DNA of 36,567 nt from Gemmatimonadales bacterium (GCA_038321865.1 JBBQFH010000032.1:1-36567), one strand, 5' to 3'; shown: positions 20,464 through 30,199, numbered from the stretch's first letter. Notes: generated by a model from the letters alone, not told the origin. Numbers and translations: made by a program.

Positions 20464-20496
20464 GCGGCCCCCGCCCGGTCTTTGGGCGGGGGCCGC
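20464..20496. terminator. Perfect 13-bp GC hairpin
   Basis: gcggcccccgccc-ggtcttt-gggcgggggccgc, 17 nt after the stop of the small membrane gene. Confidence 0.6.
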
Positions 20497-20583
20497 GTGC
20501 GTCCAATTCCCTGTAGTGGCGTGGATCACGACGAGCGGGCAGCCCGGCCGCTAGGCTGGCATTGTCCCCAATGTGGAGGCCAC

Positions 20584-20793
20584 ATGAGCAAGAAGGGTTC
20601 CAACTACGATCAGCAGCGCTTCAAGGTGGGAGCATCGACCCAGCCGGGCGACACCGTCACGCCCGATCGGGAAAAGCAGAAAGTCGCCCGGTCGGACGCG
20701 GCGGTCGATCGCGAGGAGGAGCTCCGAACCGCGATGGGAAAGGGCGAGGATTCCGACAAGGCGGAGCCGCGCGATCCGCACCCCGACAGCTGA
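20584..20793 (+). CDS. Small hydrophilic hypothetical protein (69 aa)
   Basis: GGAGGCCAC-ATG; MSKKGSNYDQQRFK..., charged and hydrophilin-like. Confidence 0.65.
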   Translation: MSKKGSNYDQQRFKVGASTQPGDTVTPDREKQKVARSDAAVDREEELRTAMGKGEDSDKAEPRDPHPDS

Positions 20794-20814
20794 GGGCCTC
20801 AAGGGCAGCCGGGT

Positions 20815-21795
<981 letters not shown>

Positions 21796-21800
21796 GGCGA

Positions 21801-21829
21801 AAACTAGGGCGCGCCCCCCGGGCTGGCAA
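21801..21829 (-). promoter_or_regulatory. Sigma70-type promoter TTGCCA-N17-TAGTTT, 5 nt before the ATG of the DHS-like gene (leaderless)
   Basis: Exact 17-nt spacer; no SD. Confidence 0.65.
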
Positions 21830-21945
21830 CCACAGGCGCCACGGCCCCTTCCACCCCCCCCCGGGGCTGTGGGAGGCGCGGATTCGACGTATATTGCCCA
21901 GGTACAGCCGACTCCATCGTTCAAACCCTCGCGGAGGATCCGCAT

Positions 21946-22908
21946 ATGCATCGATTTGCCTCAAAGCTTTCCGGCGCAGTGGCGGCCGTCGCCTGTGTGG
22001 CTGCGCTGGCGTCCTGCAGCAGCAGCGACAATAATTCGGGCACGGTGAAGGACTACTTCTCCGCCGTCTCCGCCGTCGTCGGCACCGGACCCGTCGCGCA
22101 GGCGAGCGTCGGTTCGATCACCATCGTGAAGGCGCCGAAGACCGGGGGCAATCGGCCCTCCTTCAGCTCGGCGGCCATCACGGTCAACGCGACCTTCCAC
22201 AGCGGGAACGCACCGACTGGCTCCAGCGGCCCGACCGCTAATGGTGAAGCCGGCAGCACGCCGCTGCTCGGACAGCCGTTCCGCTATTCCATCAGCGGCA
22301 GCGCGGCGTTCACCTCGGTGTTCGTGTGGGTGGACGGTGCGTCCGGCTACTGGCAGCTCGACCTGCCGGCGTCGACCACGCTCGTCGACCTGATCCTTGC
22401 CCTGGCTGCGAATCCGCCCCAGAACGCCTTCACGATCATGTCGGCGGTCGGCTCGTCCAGCTCGGCCGGACCGGCTGAGTCCACCGCGCTGACGGCGACC
22501 GACCTCTCATCGGCCGACGTCGCGGTCACGGTCAAGTGGACTGGTGCCAGCGACGTGGACCTGCACGTGTTCGATGGCAAAGGCCAGGAAGTCTATTACG
22601 CGAATCCGGTGACGGCTGAGGGCGGGCGCCTGGATCTGGACTCGAACGCGGGCTGCGCCATCGACAACATCAACCAGGAGACGATTTCCTGGCCGCAGGG
22701 CACCGCGCCGACCGGGACCTACACGGTCAAGGTCGACCTGTACGACGATTGCGGCCAGCCGACGGCGCCGTTCACCGGCACGATGGCTGTGACCGGCCAT
22801 TCCAGCAGGACGTTCAGCGGCACCTTCACCGGCGTCGCGGGCACGAACAACCCGATCAAGACTGTCGGGACGTTCACGTTCCCGGGCGGCGTGTTCACGA
22901 TTCCGTGA
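21946..22908 (+). CDS. Lipoprotein with C-terminal YfaP/DUF2135-like domain
   Basis: Lipobox LASC; VKWTGASDVDLHV...VYYAN...GGRLDLDSN...ETISW...GTYTVKV; GGAGG SD. Confidence 0.75.
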   Translation: MHRFASKLSGAVAAVACVAALASCSSSDNNSGTVKDYFSAVSAVVGTGPVAQASVGSITIVKAPKTGGNRPSFSSAAITVNATFHSGNAPTGSSGPTANGEAGSTPLLGQPFRYSISGSAAFTSVFVWVDGASGYWQLDLPASTTLVDLILALAANPPQNAFTIMSAVGSSSSAGPAESTALTATDLSSADVAVTVKWTGASDVDLHVFDGKGQEVYYANPVTAEGGRLDLDSNAGCAIDNINQETISWPQGTAPTGTYTVKVDLYDDCGQPTAPFTGTMAVTGHSSRTFSGTFTGVAGTNNPIKTVGTFTFPGGVFTIP

Positions 22909-22925
22909 TCTAGCTGCGGAAGCAG

Positions 22926-22970
22926 GCACGCCCCTCTGCCGATCGATTCGGCGGAGGGGCGTGCTCTTTT
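22926..22970 (+). terminator. Rho-independent terminator
   Basis: 17-bp stem gcacgcccctctgccga/tcggcggaggggcgtgc (one G-U pair) followed by tctttt. Confidence 0.8.
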
Positions 22971-23056
22971 CCGGCCCCTCTTGCGTGCGGACGGCTCGCG
23001 GGGACAAGATCATGGTGTCGGCAGCCCACCCCCACATTCAGCAAGAGGCGGTTTCG

Positions 23057-23638
23057 ATGCGGACACGCTATGTCGTGATGGGCCTGTTGGCGTGCGCGGC
23101 CCCGAGGATGGCAGGCGCGCAATCGGCGCAGCGCTTTTCGGTGCAGGCCTCGGCGTTGTACGCGGCGCTGTTCGGAAAGGTGTACGCCTACGTGCATGAC
23201 GGTATCGGCGCGGAAGCCCAGCTGCGCTATACGCCGGGCGCCATCTCCATCGGCGGCGGCGTGCAGTGGACCAGCCACAGCACCACCATCGCCAATCCGC
23301 GGCTCAAGCTCGTCGGCATCTTCCTCGAGCCGCGGTACGTCATTCCGACCCGCAGCAACACCGTGGCACCCTATGTGTCGTCGCGCCTCAGCATCCTGCG
23401 CCAGCGCCTGAGCGACCCGTCCGGCGACTTCCGCTCCTCCGGCTTCACCGGCAACCTGGGCGGAGGGTTCCTCTTTCGGCTGGGGTCCCGGATGAATCTC
23501 GACGCCGGCGCGAGCTTCGGGTACACCACCTTCGGCGATCTGACCTTTACCGACGCGACCGACGGCAGCAAAAGCTCAACGCCGGGCGGCAGCGGATCGA
23601 ACCTGGTGGGCCGTCTGGGTATCGCGGTCGGCATCTGA
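23057..23638 (+). CDS. Outer-membrane beta-barrel protein (8-stranded OmpA/OmpW-like)
   Basis: Signal peptide ending AGA-Q; alternating amphipathic strands (LEPRY, APYV, GGGFLFRL); terminal strand GRLGIAVGI. Confidence 0.75.
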   Translation: MRTRYVVMGLLACAAPRMAGAQSAQRFSVQASALYAALFGKVYAYVHDGIGAEAQLRYTPGAISIGGGVQWTSHSTTIANPRLKLVGIFLEPRYVIPTRSNTVAPYVSSRLSILRQRLSDPSGDFRSSGFTGNLGGGFLFRLGSRMNLDAGASFGYTTFGDLTFTDATDGSKSSTPGGSGSNLVGRLGIAVGI

Positions 23639-23666
23639 CCCTGCACCAGCCCAGCGCCCGGCCGGA

Positions 23667-26600
23667 CTAGAGGTCGGGCGTTCCCTGCAGGCGGCATCCG
23701 GCCGGCTCCCAGCCGCCGCCGGCTGCACGCTGCACCTCGGCGCGGAAGTTGAGCACCACGTCACGCCGATTGCCGAAGCTGCTCTTCCACGTCACCTGCG
23801 CCATGAAGTCCGCGAAGGCATGGTCTCCCGATGTCTGGGCCGCCGGGGCCACGCCCGCCGTGGTGGTGGCGAACGCCCACTCCTTCCGCCGCATCAGCGT
23901 CAACAGCTTCTCCGAATTCTTGCGGTCGCGATCGGTCGCGGGCTGATACAGCGCCGCCAGGCGGCCGGCGTCTACGGCCTTCAGCGCCGCGAAACAGTCG
24001 TTGGCGGCGGCGCGTGCGGCCGACTCAGCGCCGGCGGTGCTGCCCGCGGCGGGTGGTGTCACGGCCGCCGGTGCGGGGCGCTCCACCGCCGGCTTCGGGA
24101 CGACGGCGACGAGCAGATCGCCGCTGACCCCGTCGATCGTCGCGGTGATCGTCGCGCGTCCGGGCCGCCGCCCGACGACGGTCCCGTTGGCCGGGTCGAC
24201 GGATGCGACCGCCGGCGCATCCGAGCTCCAGATGGCTCGGCGGCCCGTCATCGCTCGGCGACCCGAATCGCGCGCGGCGGCACGGAGCGAGACCGTGTCG
24301 CCCTCGGCCACCGACGCCGAGCCGGTGACCGCCACGCTCGCAACCGCCGCCGCGGACGCGACGCCGGGCTCCGGCTTCCCTGCCACGGTCACGACGATCG
24401 TCGCGCTGTGCGGTCCGGCCAGCGCGGTAATCGTCGCCACACCGGGCCGGCTGGCCGTGACGCGGCCGGATGCGTCCACCGCGGCGGTGCGGGCATCGCT
24501 CGATGACCAGACGGGCGCGTCGCCGCTCAGGGCGTTGCCGCGCGCGTCCAGCATGAACGCCCGGAGCGGCGCGCGCTGGCCCGCTGTGAGCACCAGCGTG
24601 ACCGGCCGGATGACCAGCCGCGACGCCGCCGGCCCGGGCGCCGACGAGTTGCCTGCCGGCGAAGCCGACGGAGTGGTCGGGGCGGGAGCGCCGGTCGACG
24701 GCGGGGCGGGCGGAGTGATGACCGCGTGCTCATCCGGCGTGTCCGCCCCGCGGGTGAGGAGCAGGACGGCCCCGGCGATGCCGATCACCGCCAGCACACC
24801 CCACACCACGGCGCGGCGAGGGCGCCAGCGTGCCGGCGCTGGTGTCACCCCCGCCACAACGGGCGCGGCAGCCACGACGATCCGGGCGGTGCCCGATACC
24901 CCTTCGGCCGTCGCCGTGAGCTTCGTCTTTCCCGGTGCGACGGCGGTGACGACACCGTCCGGGGTCACCCGGGCGATCCGCTCGCTTCCGCTGGTCCATC
25001 TCACATGGCGCTCGAGCGGCGCGCCGGCCGCGTCGCGCACGCCGACATTGAGCCGGACCGACTGGCCGATCTCGAGCGGTCCCGCCGGCTCGCCGATCAC
25101 GACGGTGGCGACCGGGACCTCGGCCACCGCGACCACGGCTGACGATTCCCGATCCTCGCATGTCGCGACGATGGTGGCGGAGCCGGCACCGCGCGCCGTC
25201 AGCGCGCCACTCTCGTCCACTTCGGCCACCGCCGGATCGCTCGAAAGCCAGTGGACCATGCGGTCAGCCAGCCGCTGGCCGCTCGCATCCACGGCGTCGG
25301 CGGTCAGTTCCGCGCGTTGCCCGACCAACAGCTGACGCGGCACCCTGCCCAGCCGCACCTTGGCGACGGCGACTAGTCGGACCGCCAGCTCGACGGACGA
25401 CTCCAGCTCGCCGACCGTCGCGGTAATGCGCGCCGACCCCGGCGCCGTGGCGACGGCGAGACCGGCCGCCGAGATGGTGGCGATGGCGGGGTCGCTGGTG
25501 GCCCAGGCGACTACGGGCCTGAGCGGAATGCCCCGGCGATCCTGCGCGATCACCGAGAGCTGCGCGCGGGCGCCGACGACCAGCTCCGTGACGTCAGCGA
25601 CAACCTCAAGCTCGGCCGGCCGCGCGGGCCGCACCTCGATGCGCACCGACTCGCTCGCGTCGCCGGCCTGCGCCGTGATCGTCACACTGCCGGCGTTTCG
25701 GGTCGCGACCGCACCGTCCGTCCCGACTGTCGCGACGGCCGGCTCGCTCGACGTCCAGCTCACCCGGCTCCCGCGCAGCTCGGCGCGGGTCGCATCCAGC
25801 ACCTGCGCGGTCAGCGTGAACGTGTCGCCGGCTTCCACCTCGTCCGGCGCGCCGCCCAGCGTGATCAGCGCGGCGCGGGGGCTGGGCGTCGTGGGCGGCG
25901 TGGCGATCCGTGCGGCCCGCAGCGCCTCGGCCGGCGATGCGGCGACCCGGCTGCCGCCGACCAGCGCCTCGAGCTCGAGGCGGAGCGGATCATCGTCCGT
26001 GAGGGGGACTGCTCCCAGCGCCTGGAGCGCAGCGGGCATCGTGGGGAATCGCTCGGCCGGGGTCTTGGCCAGCATCCGGAGTACGGCATCCGCCAGTGAG
26101 GGGGGACAATCGGGTCGCACATCGGCCAGAGGCGCCGCGGTCTTCTCGAGGTGGCCCTGCATGATGGCGTAGCTCGACCCGGCGAACGGCGGTGCGCCGG
26201 TGAGCAGTTCGTAGGCGACCACGCCGAGCGAGTACTGGTCGGACGCCCAGGTCACCGTCTCCGCAACGCACTGTTCCGGACTCATGTAGGCCGGAGTACC
26301 CACCATGGTCCCGGTCTTCGTCTGGCCCGGCACCTCAGCCACCTTGGCGATGCCGAAGTCGGTGACGATCGCGTTCCCGTCGCGGTCGAGCAGGATGTTG
26401 GCGGGCTTGATGTCGCGGTGGATGACCCCGCGACGGTGCGCGTAGGCGAGCCCGCTCCCGACCTGGAACAGGATAGAGCGGATGATGGGGATCGGCAGGA
26501 TTCCCGCCGCCTGCAGCACCACATCGAGCGGCTGGCCGTCTACGAACTTCATCACGAAGAAGTGCAGGTCGTCGAGCTGACGGACGGTGTGGATCGTGAT

Positions 26601-26948
26601 GATGTTGGGGTGACTGAGATTGGCGACCGTCACCGCTTCCTGCCGGAAGCGGTCCACCATGCCCTCGCCCATCATCATGCCCGGGGCCATCACCTTGATC
26701 GCCACTAGGCGATTGAGCGTGACTTCCTGCGCCAGGTAGACGGCCGCCATTCCGCCCCGGCCGAGCTCGCGAAGGACGTGAAACTCGCCGGTCGTGGCGG
26801 TCTTGAGCCGCTCCTGGACCTGGGCCCACGGCGAATAGGTCGGCACGGCGGCGGTGGGGGTGGCCGGCGATCCCGACGCGATGCCGCACTTGGGGCAGAA
26901 CCGGTCGTTCGCGGTGAGCGGCTCGCCGCAGGCGCGACAGCTGGTCAT
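23667..26948 (-). CDS. Hanks-type Ser/Thr kinase with N-terminal Zn ribbon, six Big_2 Ig-like repeats, one TM helix and a C-terminal NTF2-like domain
   Basis: CRAC/CPKC; GRGGMAAVY, VAIK, HRDIKPAN, DFG, GTPAYMSPE; six W.S..P.VA.V...G.V.....G...ITA repeats; TM VVWGVLAVIGIAGAVLLL. Confidence 0.92.
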   Translation of the reverse strand: MTSCRACGEPLTANDRFCPKCGIASGSPATPTAAVPTYSPWAQVQERLKTATTGEFHVLRELGRGGMAAVYLAQEVTLNRLVAIKVMAPGMMMGEGMVDRFRQEAVTVANLSHPNIITIHTVRQLDDLHFFVMKFVDGQPLDVVLQAAGILPIPIIRSILFQVGSGLAYAHRRGVIHRDIKPANILLDRDGNAIVTDFGIAKVAEVPGQTKTGTMVGTPAYMSPEQCVAETVTWASDQYSLGVVAYELLTGAPPFAGSSYAIMQGHLEKTAAPLADVRPDCPPSLADAVLRMLAKTPAERFPTMPAALQALGAVPLTDDDPLRLELEALVGGSRVAASPAEALRAARIATPPTTPSPRAALITLGGAPDEVEAGDTFTLTAQVLDATRAELRGSRVSWTSSEPAVATVGTDGAVATRNAGSVTITAQAGDASESVRIEVRPARPAELEVVADVTELVVGARAQLSVIAQDRRGIPLRPVVAWATSDPAIATISAAGLAVATAPGSARITATVGELESSVELAVRLVAVAKVRLGRVPRQLLVGQRAELTADAVDASGQRLADRMVHWLSSDPAVAEVDESGALTARGAGSATIVATCEDRESSAVVAVAEVPVATVVIGEPAGPLEIGQSVRLNVGVRDAAGAPLERHVRWTSGSERIARVTPDGVVTAVAPGKTKLTATAEGVSGTARIVVAAAPVVAGVTPAPARWRPRRAVVWGVLAVIGIAGAVLLLTRGADTPDEHAVITPPAPPSTGAPAPTTPSASPAGNSSAPGPAASRLVIRPVTLVLTAGQRAPLRAFMLDARGNALSGDAPVWSSSDARTAAVDASGRVTASRPGVATITALAGPHSATIVVTVAGKPEPGVASAAAVASVAVTGSASVAEGDTVSLRAAARDSGRRAMTGRRAIWSSDAPAVASVDPANGTVVGRRPGRATITATIDGVSGDLLVAVVPKPAVERPAPAAVTPPAAGSTAGAESAARAAANDCFAALKAVDAGRLAALYQPATDRDRKNSEKLLTLMRRKEWAFATTTAGVAPAAQTSGDHAFADFMAQVTWKSSFGNRRDVVLNFRAEVQRAAGGGWEPAGCRLQGTPDL

Positions 26949-27167
26949 CGAATGCGCGCCCGCCGCCGGGCCGCGGCAGGCCGTCCGAAGGTGCCGACGT
27001 CAGGAAGGCGGATCGGGATGGAGGTCATCCTGTCGGGTGGAGGAAGTACGTCGGGTGTGCGCCCGGGGACCATTCCGCTGGCAGGCGCAGACGCGAAGGC
27101 ACTAAGTTGCTGTGAGGCCAGACGTTCCGCAAGCGCACAGCCGGGTTCGCACCGGGGGCGCATCGTG

Positions 27168-27196
27168 TGGACGCGGAGCGATGATCGCCTTAACTT
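27168..27196 (+). promoter_or_regulatory. Putative sigma70-type promoter TGGACG-N17-TAACTT
   Basis: 17-nt spacer, in the divergent intergenic region upstream of 27265. Confidence 0.4.
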
Positions 27197-27264
27197 GAGC
27201 GTTCCCATTTCACATCCGACCTCCGCCGGCCCTGGCCGCGGCGGGTCTACCAACGGAGCCGGTC

Positions 27265-28983
27265 ATGCTGCGTGATAACGGGCCCACCAGACTGAACGTG
27301 GTCCCGAATCGTTCGGCGCCGCAGGCCGACGCGCTGCTCGGCGCGGTCAAGGAGGCCGCGGCCGCCGATTTCGACGTGCTGGGCGAGATCGGCCGGGGCG
27401 AGGCCGGGGTGATCATTTACCTCGCCAGCGAAGCGTCCAGCCGCCGCCTCGTGGCGCTCCGGCTGCAGCGTGACGGGCAGCTGGCCGACGAGTTTACCCT
27501 CGAGATCGTCCGACATCTCGACAACTCCATGCCGGCGCCGGAGAGCAAGTGCGTGCAGTGCGGCAAGGCGATCAAGGGATGGGCCCGCTTCTGCAGCTAC
27601 TGCGGCGCCGACTTCACCGGCGTCGCGCCGAAGGAAGGCGACGCGGTCGAGCGCGCGCTCATGCTCGAGGCCGTCAAGGATGCGGTGTCCGACGAGTTCG
27701 ATGTGCTGGGCGAGATGTCGCGCACGGAAGGCGGAGGCGCGGTGTATTTCGCCTGCGACCGGAAGACGGGAAAGATCGTCGCGCTCCGGCTGCAGCGGGA
27801 AGGCGCGGGCGAGGAGTTCTCGGTCGGACTCACCACCGCTCTCAAGCCGATCGCGCGATCGCTGGGCGTGAAGTCTCCCGCCACGCAGGCGCTGTCGGCG
27901 TTGTCCCGCCCGAACGAACCCGCGGGCCTGCCGCCAGTGGTCCCGCCGGCCGCCCCTTCTGTGCCGCCGGCGCCGAGACCGGGTCCGGCGGCGCCGCCGC
28001 CATTGCCGCCCGCCGCTGCCGGCATGAGCGGCCGGAATCGGCTGATGCTGGCGGGGGTCCTCGCCGTCGCGGTGGCGACCGCGCTCATCGTCATCAGTCT
28101 GCCCAAATCCGCCCCGGCTCCGATCGCGCCGGCGCCGGTGGTCGACTCAGTGCCCCCGGCCCCCAGGGTGAACACCCCGGCGGCAGTCGTTCAGCGACCG
28201 GAGTCGACGGTGTCCCGGGCGGCTCCGCCGCCCGTCGTGGCAACGGCACCGGTGGCGGCGCGGCCGAAGGATGCGACGATCCGGATCGCCGGGCTGCCGC
28301 AGGGTGCCGAGATCAGGGTGGACGACCGGATCCGCCCCGGCCGCAGCCTCTCGGTGGCGCCGGGTCGCCACATCATCGCCGTCTCTCTCGGTGGCTATCT
28401 GCCCCGCACCGACACGCTCCGGCTCCGGCCGGGCGAGGCGTACACCTGGGCCCCGACGATGGTCGGCGATACGCCGAAGGCCGTCGTGCGTGCGCCGGAC
28501 TCCCGGCCGGCACCCAAGCCCGTGGCTTCCTCCGGCCCGACCTGCGCGGCGAGCGTGCAAAGCGAGCAGTGGCCGGCGGCGTTTGAGTCATGCATGCGCG
28601 AGGCGCTGGCGGGCAGCGCCAGCGCCAAGCGGAGCGTGGCGCTGCTGTATGAGCGGGGCAAGGGCGTCGCGCGGAGCGACGAGAGTGCCGCGCGCTGGCT
28701 CGAGGATGCCGCGAACGCCGGCGATCGCGATGCGATGGATCAGCTTGCCGCGTGGTACGAACGTGGTCGCGGCGTCAAGAAGGATCAGGCTGCGGCGCTC
28801 AAGTGGTACACGCGCGCCGGCGACGCGGGCCAGGTCAGCGCCCAGCTCACGCTGGGCGAGACGTACGAGAAAGGCCGGCTGGGCGTCATTAAGGACAAGG
28901 CGAAGGCCCTTGACTGGTACCGCAAGGCCGCCGCCCAGGGGAACAAGGCCGCGGCCGACAAGGTGCGGGACCTGGCGAAGTAG
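27265..28983 (+). CDS. Membrane protein: two kinase N-lobe-like fragments around a Zn ribbon, TM helix, PEGA-like domain, SEL1 repeats
   Basis: FDVLGEIGRG..VIIYLA..RLVALRL and FDVLGEMSR..GAVYFA..KIVALRL; CVQC/CSYC; TM LMLAGVLAVAVATALIVI; LYERGKGV, WYERGRGV, YEKGRLGV and WYRKAAAQGN. Confidence 0.85.
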   Translation: MLRDNGPTRLNVVPNRSAPQADALLGAVKEAAAADFDVLGEIGRGEAGVIIYLASEASSRRLVALRLQRDGQLADEFTLEIVRHLDNSMPAPESKCVQCGKAIKGWARFCSYCGADFTGVAPKEGDAVERALMLEAVKDAVSDEFDVLGEMSRTEGGGAVYFACDRKTGKIVALRLQREGAGEEFSVGLTTALKPIARSLGVKSPATQALSALSRPNEPAGLPPVVPPAAPSVPPAPRPGPAAPPPLPPAAAGMSGRNRLMLAGVLAVAVATALIVISLPKSAPAPIAPAPVVDSVPPAPRVNTPAAVVQRPESTVSRAAPPPVVATAPVAARPKDATIRIAGLPQGAEIRVDDRIRPGRSLSVAPGRHIIAVSLGGYLPRTDTLRLRPGEAYTWAPTMVGDTPKAVVRAPDSRPAPKPVASSGPTCAASVQSEQWPAAFESCMREALAGSASAKRSVALLYERGKGVARSDESAARWLEDAANAGDRDAMDQLAAWYERGRGVKKDQAAALKWYTRAGDAGQVSAQLTLGETYEKGRLGVIKDKAKALDWYRKAAAQGNKAAADKVRDLAK

Positions 28984-28987
28984 CCGA

Positions 28988-29095
28988 ATGCAAACGCATA
29001 CCGTCGCTCCGGGGGAATGCCTCGCCAGCATCGCGGAGCGCTACGGCTTCGGCGGACAGCCGTTCCTTCGACTCATCGAAGACGTCGAGGTCTAG
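28988..29095 (+). pseudogene. Truncated LysM-domain remnant (35 aa)
   Basis: MQTHTVAPGECLASIAERYGF matches the first half of a LysM domain and the start of the 33133 gene, then switches to unrelated GGQPFLRLIEDVEV-stop. Confidence 0.65.
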
Positions 29096-29098
29096 TCG

Positions 29099-30199
29099 AT
29101 GCCATCGTACGTCTTCGAGGTCGCCACGGAGCGAGGTACCGAGCGGTACCCGTTCACGCTGGACGACGACCGGGCGCTCGGGCCCCAGATCACGCAGGTG
29201 CTCGAGGAGCTGCGGCAACGCGGCGTCATCCTCAAGGGTGGGGGAGACGACGAGCTCGCGGCCTTCTGGGGCGGAGGCGAGCTCGACCTCACGCGCCGCG
29301 CGGCCGAGCAGGCGATGTCGCCGGCCCGTCCGATCGAGCTGCGCATGCGGCAACGATCGGCTCCCGCACGCACGCAGCCGGCCGACGCGACGCTGCCGAA
29401 AGGTGTGCTCGCGTCGGCGGCGTGGGGATATGCCGGCGCGTTCGCCGCATGGGTGATCATCTCCCGCTGGACCGACACCGGTGCCGTGATCACCGATTAC
29501 GTCCGGCTCGACCAGGCCACCATGCTGACGCTCGGTGCCTTGGTCGGCGCGTCGGCGTTGGCGGGAATGGCACTGCGGCAGCGCCGCTCGGTTCCCCTGG
29601 GCTTCCTGATCGGGCTGTGTCTTGCTTCCGCCGGTGCGGGGATCGCGGCCTCGCTTGCCCTCCTCCTTCCGGCCGTCGTCTCGCCGCGGGGATTCATTGT
29701 GGCGCGCGTGCTCGGCTGGGCCCTGTGTGGCGGACTCGCTGCCGCGTTGCTCTCGCTCTACGGCGCCGTGATGGACCTGCGCGGCTCAGCCGAGAGTCTG
29801 GCACTGGGCCTGGTCGCCGGTGCCGTGGCCGGTGTGGTGTTCACGCTGCCGGGCCCCTCGGATCTCTGGCAGGCGGTGGCGTTCATGGCCTTCGGCAGCG
29901 GCGTTGCCGTGGCCGCGTGCGCGCCCGCATTGTGGCACGCGGCCGCGATCGTGGAATGGGCGGGCGGCCGGCGGAGGGCCGGAGTGCTGTCGCTGCGCGA
30001 GTGGCCGGTTCCCGACCGGGGAGCGGTCGCTCTGGCAGCCTCCCGTCTGGCGTGGCACGACGGCCGCGTGGCGTTGCATCCCGCGCCGTCGGGCGCGTCG
30101 GTCGATGGCCTGGCGGTGACCCAGCCCGTGTATCTGTCGGAGGGCCCGCTCTCGCTCGACGGCGTATCCTACCGGCTGCGCGTGCGGGCCGACGCATGA
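29099..30199 (+). CDS. Ubiquitin-like (YukD/EsaB-like) N-domain + about 6 TM helices + degenerate FHA-like C-domain
   Basis: Beta-beta-alpha-beta-beta pattern ending ELDLTRRAAEQAMSPARPIELR; six Gly/Ala-rich hydrophobic helices; C-terminal SVDGLAVTQPVYLSEGPLSLDGVSYRL. The ORF is secure; domain calls are by eye. Confidence 0.6.
   Translation: MPSYVFEVATERGTERYPFTLDDDRALGPQITQVLEELRQRGVILKGGGDDELAAFWGGGELDLTRRAAEQAMSPARPIELRMRQRSAPARTQPADATLPKGVLASAAWGYAGAFAAWVIISRWTDTGAVITDYVRLDQATMLTLGALVGASALAGMALRQRRSVPLGFLIGLCLASAGAGIAASLALLLPAVVSPRGFIVARVLGWALCGGLAAALLSLYGAVMDLRGSAESLALGLVAGAVAGVVFTLPGPSDLWQAVAFMAFGSGVAVAACAPALWHAAAIVEWAGGRRRAGVLSLREWPVPDRGAVALAASRLAWHDGRVALHPAPSGASVDGLAVTQPVYLSEGPLSLDGVSYRLRVRADA

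Noticed and set aside
29099..29350. Complete bacterial ubiquitin-conjugation system
   Set aside because: The Ubl-like domain has no Gly-Gly end, and no E1, E2 or JAB gene is visible in the window.
29017..30195. N-terminal 393 aa of the 845-aa ORF 29017-31554
   Set aside because: Arg-rich off-frame read-through over the Ubl-TM gene; the real vWA protein starts at ATG 30196 with a signal peptide.
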